From assembly GCF_006345805.1 (NCBI RefSeq), contig NC_043000.1:33914001-33978000 (forward strand): 64,000 nt of DNA. Reading direction: 5' to 3'. The position numbers and the translations under genes are program-made. This DNA is from Octopus sinensis (taxonomy: Eukaryota). Positions 52,671 to 64,000 of the stretch are shown here, one piece after another; positions within the stretch are counted from its first letter, which is position 1, and each line of letters opens with the position of its first letter. The notes under the pieces are model-generated. The model did not search any database. It had not been told where the DNA came from and saw only the letters and a program-made list of their open reading frames with translations.

Positions 52671-53671
52671 TTGTATATATTGAAAAGAAGATAGATAACT
52701 CGACAATATTCTATAGAAAAACAAAACTAAGTGGAATAGGTAAGTAGTTAGGTAGGTAGGTAGGTGGATAAGATGGACTGAATGTTGGATAAATATGTAG
52801 CGAAGTAAGAATGTAAAATAAAAGGTTTGATGTTGAGCTGACGGAAATGAAGTAAAAATAGAGGAGTCGATTGAATGGTGTATCACTTGTGAATGGTTGT
52901 TATTTTAGATGATGGCTGTGTGAAGAGGTTGTTTGCTAGCCAGCAGTTTTGTTTGACAACACTCGCTTCACATAAAAACTTACAATGTTACAAATGGTCG
53001 ACAACATTAAGAGTAGAGTCTAGCAAGCGGAAGACATGACAGTTGAACAATGAGGTTATTTCACTCCTTACACCACCACCACCACCACCACCACCACCAC
53101 ACTTTCTATACACTTGCAGAAAGATCAACAAATCTATATATATGCACGCATACATAATTATTCATACACATGCAGACATACACAAACACACTTTAGGCAC
53201 AGAATTATGTACATAACTGTGTATTGGTGGAATATCCGTAGCCATACGTTCAAATATTGATTTGGTCGATCATGCTGGAGCATATGACCTTCAATTTACG
53301 TATTGAACACACATGGCTAATACATATACACACATACATACATGCATAATACACACACACATATATATATATATTTTATTCAAAGAAATTCCAACTCTTT
53401 TTTTTATGTTTTATTTATATTCTTTATAATATTAATGTAGAATATAGAATATAAAATATAAATAGTATATATATTAAAATGAAATGAAGTGTTGATTGTC
53501 TTATTGAATAGATGAAATATTGAATATCAAATATGAAGGGACTAGTATACTTTCTTGCATTATAGCAGTCTTCAAGGTCCCAGGTTGTGACAGGAATGTT
53601 TCAACTGTAGTTGACTGGCTGTCTTTTGTCCTTTATATATGTTCCTGTGGACAGCAGTAGTAGTTGCTTGG

Positions 53672-53707
<36 letters not shown>

Positions 53708-54131
53708 GTGAATTAATTATCCTATGTTTTTCGTCAGCATGGAAAATTCGTTGAACCGAACATATGTCGAGAGTAAAGGAATTTTGTTAACATCTTCGTT
53801 CGACTCCATTCTTTCATTATTCATATATATATATATACATATATATATGCGTGTGCGTGCACACACATATACTATAATATATGAATATATAAATATATCT
53901 GTATGTGCGTGTGCATGCCTCTGTGTGTGTGTGTGTCTTTTATGTACACTCATACATTAAAAACAGTTCCACACACACTCGACAACCACTCAATGTACAT
54001 CAGAGAAGTACAAAATTTCATTTTACAGGATAAATGTTGACAATGATTTCGTTCGCAGCCAGTCTAAGGAAGAGAAGTGCACAACGACTGCCTGTATAAA
54101 TGTTTTCTCTGTCTGCATGTGTGTGTGTGTG

Positions 54132-54198
<67 letters not shown>

Positions 54199-54441
54199 TT
54201 TGTATTTATAGACGCATGTGTGGTCTAAATAACTCCTGTTAAACAACATACATTGTTACGCCATTCTGAACGCAATTTGCATCGAAGCATGAAGCAGTTG
54301 TTTCAAGAGGACGACCTTGAGCTACAGAGTTGTCACAACGCCTAAATTGCTTCTTATTTACGTACTTAATTACATACAAACACACACACACACATGCACG
54401 TACACACATATAATACATATACTGTGTATATGCATATATAA

Positions 54442-54489
<48 letters not shown>

Positions 54490-54493
54490 AATC

Positions 54494-54550
<57 letters not shown>

Positions 54551-54901
54551 TGTACGTATATTATGTGTGTATGTGTGGGTGTGTATATATGTATAAACAC
54601 TTAAATGTAAACAAGTTGGAGGGAAGCGAGTACTCAATACTAGAAGTAGAGTATTATTTATGTTTATGGAGATTTGAAGCCATTATTCGGTGTTTCTCGT
54701 TTTCAATCTTCAGACGATTTAAAAACATATAGGGTGGTATATAATAGAATGTGAAGAAAGCATTTGAATATCAAGTTTTGATTGGGTGTGGAAATAATAA
54801 TTAATTAAATCTCATTCGTTGACATAAAGTGGTTGTTATTAAATTATTAGACTTTAGGAGGCGTTGAGAAAGGAGGAGAATTTAAATTATCTGTATCAGT
54901 A

Positions 54902-54932
<31 letters not shown>

Positions 54933-56663
54933 ATCTATCTAAATATCTATCTACCTACCTACCTACCTACCTACCTACTTACCTACCTACCTACCTACCT
55001 ACCTACCTACCTCCCTCCCTCCCTCCCTCCCTCAGGCTTTTCAGAAGCCTGAAAGTGTCGGGTCTCGTTAGGGACAAAATAAACACTTTTTAAACAATAG
55101 ACACTGTTTTAAACGAAATTTCCCATGCCGATATGATAGTACAAACACTAGCAGTGACTAAATAATTTTCAGCATATATAAGCTTGGTTATTTAAGAACC
55201 AAGCATCCTTGGATAGTGCTGTCGTATATTTATAATATAAAAAAACTGTAGACTTCGAAACCGACTTCAAATATAACACCTTCTCCTCGCTTACAGTATA
55301 TATTGCAAAACTATTCATTACACTGTGGCATACATCATAGTGACCCTATAATAGAATTTGTACTTTGTTTCTGACAAGTTATCTGCAGCTGTACATAAAC
55401 CTTTAACATTTGACTGATATTTTAATCTATTGTAAACCCAGCAATAGACATACATCCAAGACTACTACGAAGGATAAACTGAGAAAGAAGAGCTGCCACC
55501 TTCACGTACTGTTTCATTTAGTCCCAGATCGAAACTTATCGATGACTACTGATCAATGGTATTCCTCGGTAACCACTGTCCTTCATGTTTTAAGTCAGTA
55601 GAATGTTATGAGAGAGATTTTATAGCAATTTTCGGCAGATCATGCGGCCATCTATAAGTTCCCTTGTTGATGATTGTTTGAGGAATCAACGATGCAAGAG
55701 AAGTGAAAAGACTAACGCTGAATTCTATTCCAGTGTTTACAGAAAGGGATTTACGGGAAAGTAAATAAGAGAGCAAGATAAAACAGAGCGTGTCGAGCCG
55801 TTCCGGCAGAGAACCCCTGACTGAACAGTCTCTACCCGGTTCCTTACTGAGGGCATAATACCTTCAGCCCTCGGTAATTAATGAATCTAGAAGCATTGGA
55901 AGGAAGGAGTCACTACTTTAAGTAATGTGATTACCATGTAGTTGAAGCTTTAGACGATCGCCCTGTTGAGTTCATAGCTTTTCCTGCATGGGTGCACTTT
56001 CTCGAAGATCTTTTCTTGTTTCTGCTACAGGAAATAAAGAAATTCTCTATGGCCTGCAAAAGAACCAAAGAAATATGCTCAATGAACATTATCTATGAAT
56101 GTTAACGCCAATCTCTCGTTATATATCAAAGTTACGTACATCTCATCACTTAAGTAAAAACCTACTATGAATGTTACAGGTGATCGAGCGATGCTATGTA
56201 CCCCTCGTCGCAGAAACTAAGGCAACACTGAAGAACTGAAATCTTAATACATTTTCTTAATACACAGTTTCTCTGCTTCACATGGCAAATAAATATATTT
56301 GTGACCCAAGTGTAAGTTATTAAATATAATTCATGTGTAGGATATGTTAAATACCTATATATAGCAACTGTAAATGCTTAGGGTCCCAGGGTGGGATACA
56401 TTTAATATAACTAATGTGTAGGATATGCTACACACACATATACACACACATATAGCGATAAAAATATTTGTGGCCCAAGGGGGGTATACATTAAATATAT
56501 TTCATACAGAGGATGAATTAGAGTATCATTAGTAACATTCGAAACCACCAATTTTAAATTCATCTCAAGGGAAATAAACCTTTTATCGAGTATTAATATA
56601 CATTCTCTATTTAGACAGCTTATAAGGAGGTCATATACGTATGTATTGTGTGTGCGTGTGTTC

Positions 56664-56702
<39 letters not shown>

Positions 56703-57470
56703 TGCTTGCATATACACATACTCTTTATTCTAAAGTGTATCTATATTGGGTTCCAACACTATGCTTTTAGAATCGCTATGTTAAAGAGATCTTAAAAATC
56801 TATCCATACATATTTATATATATGTATGTATATATAAATATGTATGTATATATATCTGCATGTGTATGTATGTGTATTTGTATGTGTATAGTTGTACTAA
56901 TGTGTATATATACACTACACACACACACACACACTCTTTATTCTGAAGTGTATTTATATTGAGTTCTAACACCATATTATTATTATTATTGCTATGCCAA
57001 AGAGATGACTTACGTATGTATGTATGTATGTATGTATGTATGTATGTATGTATGTATGTATGTATGTATGTATGAAGAACAGAAAATAGCTCCGAGTCTA
57101 CCATTTTAGGTGAGGTTTCAATATTTGAAAGGTTGGATCCAAAATAGTTGTTTCGTGTTTTACTTAAACCAATCAACCACTTATGTTATAAGTCCAACTC
57201 CCGCCTGTAAGACTTAATTGATTAAAACGTTAATGAAACAAAGACTACTTAATTATTGTGAGTATATTAAATCAACCACACTGCATGTGTCTCCTCGGGT
57301 TAATGTCTTTGCAGCAGAGACAAGATTCCAGTACTGACCGAATCGGTTTCATTCTTCAACTTTCTGAACACTTCTACTTTTAACATTCGCTCTTCTCTGA
57401 CTTGATCAAATGAATACCAGTCATATACTAGGATTAAATCAACATCCTTCACTACTTTCATTATATATTG

Positions 57471-57590
57471 GTGCAAGTAAGGCTGTATGGTAAGAGGTTT
57501 GCTTTCCAACCCCATGGTTTCGGGTTCAGTCCCGGACCGACCAAAGCCTTGTGAGTGGATTTAGTAGACGGAAACTGAAAGAAGCCCGTC

Positions 57591-57632
<42 letters not shown>

Positions 57633-57665
57633 TGTGTGTGTGTGTGTGTGTGTGTATTTGAGTGT

Positions 57666-57723
<58 letters not shown>

Positions 57724-57921
57724 GTGTCTGTGTTTGTCCCCCTCCACCGCTTGACAACCGGTATTGGTGTGTTTAAGTTTCCGTAACTTAACGCCTCGGC
57801 AAAAGAGACCGATAGAATAAATACCATGCTTAAAAAGAAAATTTGTATTGGAGTCGATTCATTCTTTACGGCGGTGCTCCAGCATGGCAGCAGTGTAATA
57901 ACTGAAACAAGTAAACGATAA
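57471..57921 (+). mobile_element. SINE family 1 (internal deletion in head)
   Basis: Head, (TA)n(TG)n, tail GGCGGTGCTCCAGCATGG. Confidence 0.8.
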
Positions 57922-58227
57922 ATTCTTGAGCTTTTGCCAATATAAGCAATCAATATTTTGCCGAAATAACCACAAGTATTTGACAGAGAGAGATCTACCA
58001 GATCTGGGTTATAAAACAACTCAGGAATATTATGACTCATTACTGAAACATCGCAGAAATTATTGGCTGATGTTTGATAGAAAAATAGTTGTAATTGGAG
58101 TTGAATGTTTAATTTGGAAATGTTTTCATAGAAAAAAATATATACCAAATTGACACAGGAAGGTTAAATAAATAAAATTACAACCATCCGAAAACTGATG
58201 GGAATAATATTTATGCAGTCAATGCAA

Positions 58228-58929
58228 TGAGCTGGCAGATTTGTTCGCGAGTGAGGCCAAATGCTTAGCGACGTTACAACCGTCTTCATGGCCCAGGATT
58301 GACTTTGCCTTTCATCTTTTTGCATCGATAAAATAAGTACCAGTGGAGCACTGGGGTCGATGGAATAGACTTAATTCCTCCCTCGATATTACAACTATTT
58401 GAAACTAATTTATTTTCTTTTAAAATTTTAGCTGAAAATGCAATTTGTATGAAACACTTTATGTTGACTCATCTCTGTATCACAGGCTCATCTCTATATT
58501 CTTTTCTACTCTAAGCACAAGCCCGAAATTTTAGGGTAGGGGCCAGTCGATTAGATCGACCCCAGTACACAACTGGTACTTAATTTATCGGTCTCGAAAG
58601 AATGAAAGGCAAAGTCGACCTCGGCGGATTTTGAACTCAGAACATAAAGGCAGATGAAATACCGCTAGGCATTTTGCCTGGAATGCTAACGTTTCTTATT
58701 TCTTTACTTCCCACAAGAGGCTACACACAGAGGGGACAAACAAGGACAGACAAACGAATTAAGTCGATTATATCGACCCCAGTGGGTAACTGGTACTTAT
58801 CTATTCGACCCCGAAAGGATGAAAGGCAAAGTCGACCTCGGCGGAATTTGAACTCAGAACGTAGCGGCAGACGAAACACCGCTAAGCATTTTGCCCGGCG
58901 TGCTAACGTCTCTGCCAGCTCACCGCCTT
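58228..58929. mobile_element. SINE family 2 cluster: plus copy 58228-58383 facing a fused minus-strand dimer (58501-58692 and 58693-58929)
   Basis: Family core seen three times; the tail of 58693-58929 joins directly into the head of the next copy. Confidence 0.8.
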
Positions 58930-59344
58930 ATAACACACCAACGCCGTGTAGAAATGTTATATCCTAGCTGGCTCCGTGCCGTCAAAAATGATGGCTAAAT
59001 GTAGTATTTTATATATAAATATGGATGGTAAACCATATTAATACACTTGTCAATGCTATCTAGTGGTTGTCTTTTGGGATGTGACATCGATCATCTATTG
59101 TTACACATACAAACATCCACATACTTCCCTTGTACATGCACACACATACACACATATACTCACACAGAGTTAAAACGCTGTTTGATTTTTCGTTTCAGCG
59201 TTGAATGTTCACCATCCCACTTCCATTGCACACACACACAAACAAACACACACACACACACACATTCACATACCTCCCTTTCACATACGCACACATATAC
59301 TTACACAAAGTTGAAACGCTCCCACTACCAGTTTACCATCACCT

Positions 59345-59511
59345 TGTGTGGTAAGAAGTTGCTTCGCAACCACATGGTTCCGGGTTCAATCCCACTTCGT
59401 GATACCTTGGACACGTGCCTTCTACTATAGCCTCGGACCGACCAAAGCCTTGTGAATGGACTTGGTAGACGGAAACTAATAGAAGCCCGTCTTATGTGTG
59501 TGTGTGTGTGT

Positions 59512-59542
<31 letters not shown>

Positions 59543-59810
59543 CGCGTGTGTGTTTGTGCGTGTGTGTGTGCATGTTTGTGTGTGTGGATGTATGTATATA
59601 TGTATTGTGTGTGTGTCTATGTTTGTCTCCAAACATTGCTTGACGACCGGTGTTAGTGTGTTTACGTCCCCCCTAACTTAGCGGTACGGCAAAAGAGACC
59701 GATAGAATAAGTACTAGGCTTACAAAGAATAAGTCCTGGGGTCGATTAGCTCGACTAAGGGCGGTGCTCCAGCATGGCCGCAGTCAAATGTCTGAAACCA
59801 GTAAAAGAAT
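59345..59810 (+). mobile_element. SINE family 1, near full length
   Basis: Head, internal (TG)n, tail. Confidence 0.85.
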
Positions 59811-60571
59811 GTTAGAGATTAGTTAATATTTGTAATCTGTCTTTGTTTTGAGGGATGGAGCGCTATCCTGGTCACAGGCTTTCGACCTTTCTGAATGGTG
59901 ATCTCTCATCGCCCGCTTCACCATGGGAAATGGAACGAATTCAAATAAGCCATTCAGCATAGTACTAGATATATTGTCTTAATTAATTAATTAGTTAGTT
60001 TATTAACCCAGATACGTTCTTGAGTGGTGGAGAGACGAGAATCCCGTTATTTTCATGATAGCCATTTATTAGAAAAAGTGAACCTACAATTAGAGCTGAC
60101 CCCTGGTCATTTACTAAGATGTTGTTACTAATACTGACCATTACTTGTACTGTTTTGGATTCTGCTCTAGAATCTGTCAGGTATATAAAAAGCGGCTCCT
60201 GGTACAACTGAAATCTGTTTACATATTTATTTCTCTCGTCTTTAACAAAGATCATAGATTCATTCATTTATTTATTGCCTCCGGCATTTAACCCTAATTC
60301 GCTTCTTTCATGTCAACTTGCCTTCGTTCTTTTCCTCGTAAACTTCTGTTAAAACCTCCAGAAACGTGGCATTTGTCTTATTTTATTTTACGAGGTTTTA
60401 GTCAGCAGTTTTAGGTCAACGCCGTGTAACAATTACGGTCAGGCCGCTACTTGCATGGAACGTTTGTCTTCATAAAAGGTCCGCCAAGCTAACACGGTTT
60501 GTTGACTTGCTGAAAATTGTTTAATCAGAAAATAACAGAACAGTTGTCAATGGAAGCTTTTGATGTTTTTC

Positions 60572-60639
<68 letters not shown>

Positions 60640-61228
60640 TTTTATTTTTTTTATTTTTTATTATTATTATTATTATTGAATTTTTCTTATAACAGAATAA
60701 CAAACAGTAGCTTCTCGCCACCATGCAACTGTTTCTTGAGTTTGACATTTTCTCCGCACTCAGTATCGCATCTCACGGCCACGAGCAACCGCGCACACGC
60801 ACATGTGCGCGGTTTCTCTCTCATTCTCTCTCTCTGTTTTCGCCTCTTTCTCTTGTATGTATGTATGTATGTATGTATGTATGTATGTATGTATGTATGT
60901 ATTTATATATATATATATGTATATATACACACACGTACACATACACGCATGTATATAAAAAGAGAGAAAGAGAGTGGGAGAGACAGAGGCATATAGGTAT
61001 ATAGTTATATATTTAGATATCTTTCAGCTGTTGTTGAAGATATATATGTTGTGTATGTGTATGTATGTGTGTGAGATAGAGAGAAAAAAGAGAAACACAC
61101 ACATACACACACGCACTCTGTATATATAATATATAATATATATTTTATATATATATATATTTATATTATATATATTTATATATATATATATTTATATATA
61201 TATTTATATATATATATATAATATATAT

Positions 61229-61260
<32 letters not shown>

Positions 61261-62098
61261 AAGTATGGGGGTTTAGTTCACAGGTGATCTAAATGATTAG
61301 GTACGCTAGGTAAGTGTGTGTAACGGTTTGCTAGGGCGCCAAGGTTATAGCCGAGATGGCAGTTATGTAGCCATTGCAGATTTCCGATGCAGCGGATATA
61401 TAAATTGTTAAAGAGGATAACAAACGTTAAGGCAAGGCAAGCACACAAAAAACCTGCATTTGTATATATATATATATGCAAGTGCGCATGCATATGCACG
61501 GATTGATGTCGTTTATCGGTGCCTCAGGTGATATGTAACCCAGTTGAACCTTTTGGCTGTTCGGGGTCGCCGGCGACTAAACTAGCAGCATCTCTACCAA
61601 AGTAAGAAAAGCAAGGCCTCTCAATTTGCGAATAAATTTAGGGGGATCAACAGCCAGCCTATACACTGTAGATCTTGCATGCACTTCCATATGTGTATGT
61701 GTGTGCGTGTGTGTGTGTGTGTGTGGTTAGTGTCATGTTTGCATCTTATTTAAGTGTGGCGTGGAGGAAATACGTAACCTTCATCTCAACAGCTGTGAAA
61801 TTGTTGATAGCAGAGTATTGGAGGCAACAGGTGCAATCATGCAATCCTATTGTGATGGATGACTGGAAATCTTGGTGCAGAGCAAACATCTGATATGTTT
61901 CGGAGATGCTTTCAGCTAATTTAGCAACCTCATGCATGCTCAGACAACTTCAGTTTTCTAACTTTATTTTGCCACCGGAAGAAAGAATGGATGAATATTC
62001 GATGCACGCATCCTTCTCATTTTATATGAAATGCAAAAATAGCAGGCAGGAGTCTACCAACCTGGCTGATCATTGTCAGATTTGATAGATATCATTTC

Positions 62099-62159
<61 letters not shown>

Positions 62160-62635
62160 CGTGTGTGTGTATGTGTCTTTTCTCTTTCCTTAAGGAATTA
62201 GAATGACAATAAAAAAATCGTGTCATGAACCTCATTAGCTAAACAGCTGTTTCTGGTATAGTTGAATGCGCGAGTATCACCCTATGGTAGGATGATACTC
62301 AAGCATTCAACTACGATCATATTATAGCAGAAAAAGCTGTAAGCTAATGAAGTTCATAACGTAACTGTTTATCCTTCTAATTCCTTCTTATTGCTCTCTA
62401 TTCGACTGACGCTTTGTCCGGAAACATATGTATATCGAGTTCTTACACAAGGTTCTTAGTATCATTATGCCTAAGCGAAACATTAAAATTATATATACAT
62501 GTATAATATATATATATAATATATATTATATATAAATATATATAATATATATATATATATATTATATATATATATATTACAGAGATGTGCTTGCATAGCA
62601 AGTGACCTGATCTGAGATCGTGTGCTTGGAACGAA

Positions 62636-62928
62636 AACAATTGCAGCGTTGAAGGTGTTTATAAACCATTTAAAAACACACAAAAATCGTTGGATTCGCT
62701 TCAACATTTAAATTTCATTCGTGTCAAAATATTTTCGTCGCTTTGAAACCGCGACCTCCTCACTGACAAAATTCCGTGCTGCATCTGAGCATTTTGTCAG
62801 GGAACTGGTCGTGGTCTCAAAGCGACGAAAATATGTTGACACAAGATGAAATTTAAATGTTGAAGTGAATCTATAGTTTTTGTGGTGTTTTTAAATGGCT
62901 TATACATACCTTCCACGCTGCAATTGTT
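62636..62928. mobile_element. Foldback element, ~138-bp inverted arms (62636-62772 / 62791-62928), each with a hammerhead-like fold
   Basis: AACAATTGCAGCG / CGCTGCAATTGTT termini; minus arm UGUCA GUGAGGA G GUCGC..GCGAC GAAA AUAU UU UGACA; sits between (TA)n tracts. Confidence 0.85.
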
Positions 62929-62930
62929 CC

Positions 62931-63005
<75 letters not shown>

Positions 63006-63565
63006 CAGTAGTGTAACCACCCATGACGAACAAATCAGCAGTATAAAAAATCAAATGCCAACCCCTTTAAAACGGCAACCACTTTAACAGTAGCAGAATC
63101 ACCACCCCACAACATCTTCACATTCAAAGCAGTTTCCCAACGGTCCTTCAGCAACAAGCAACACACTCTGATAAGCTCAGTGACTATTACTAAATTCAGG
63201 TCACGACAGACAGAGAGGAGTCTATTCCAAGTGGTAAACTGCACTAGCTCATAGCACCTACATACAGAAAGGTAGAGTGAGCCAGCGAGAGTGAAATAAT
63301 AGTGCTAAGGACACAATGGATTGTTTATGGCAAGACTGGCACCATCGAAGCTTAAACTGAGAGTTCCCGGTTCAGTAGAAATGGTTGGTCGTATTTTTCT
63401 GCTGCGTGATAAGATATAAAAAGGAAGAGTGGTAGGGGTGGGTGAGAAACAGTTTGTATGCGTAGAATTTTAGGCGTGTATATGAATCATGATTGCTTAT
63501 GCATATATGTGTATATGAATGTATGTGTGTATAAAGTATTTATGCATATGCATACACGCACACTC

Positions 63566-63596
<31 letters not shown>

Positions 63597-63907
63597 TACG
63601 TATGTTTATATGTGTGTGTATATATGTATAACTGTGAGTGCGTGTTATTCGGGGCTACATTTCCAGTTTGTGCCTATTTGTGGTTTGTTACAGACAAAGT
63701 ATAATGGAATTTTCCCTCTCTTTCTATTCTTCTCCCAATTACGTTTTCTCACTCCTCCTTCTCCCCTCGTTTTCCCCTCTTCTCCCTTTCTCTTTTCCTC
63801 CTTTCCTCTTCTTTCACTCATTTCGCCATAAACTTTTTTACATTCGGTTTTATCGTTTCAATCACATAAAAATTTAATGTTTTCTTCCCTACTTAAGTTC
63901 ATTTACA

Positions 63908-63921
63908 AGTTCTTCTTCTTC

Positions 63922-63953
<32 letters not shown>

Positions 63954-63996
63954 CTTCTTCTTCTTCTTCTTCTTCTTCTTCTTCTTCTTCTTCTTC
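63908..63996. repeat. (TTC)n microsatellite, one example of the very many di-, tri- and tetranucleotide SSRs across the window
   Basis: Direct inspection. Confidence 0.95.
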
Positions 63997-64000
63997 ACAC

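Noticed and set aside
59995-60267. 90-aa minus-strand ORF or small exon LYQEPLFIYLTDSRAESKTVQVM
   Set aside because: No recognisable domain, weak acceptor, and no supporting neighbouring exons

Overview
AT-rich, microsatellite-saturated eukaryotic DNA with one 100-N assembly gap (1050-1149). It is most consistent with an intronic or intergenic window of an octopus (coleoid cephalopod) genome; this is inferred from the tRNA-derived SINE families and the extreme SSR load, not proven. No intact protein-coding gene is recognisable, and almost all ORF-track entries are translated microsatellites. Identifiable content: (i) dozens of tRNA-headed SINEs in at least four modular families; (ii) decayed RTE, CR1, R4/Dong-like and Penelope-like retroelement fragments; (iii) a mariner-derived foldback and hAT-like MITEs; (iv) two minisatellites. 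The most striking signal is a recurring set of short non-autonomous elements with minimal hammerhead-ribozyme (HHR) folds (CUGANGA...GAAA...UH, palindromic stem III), usually inserted as head-to-head inverted dimers. One of them fuses a Pol III tRNA-like head to an HHR and is flanked by a 14-bp target-site duplication. All RNA folds and alignments were done by eye. Weak candidate exons and promoters are reported with low confidence.
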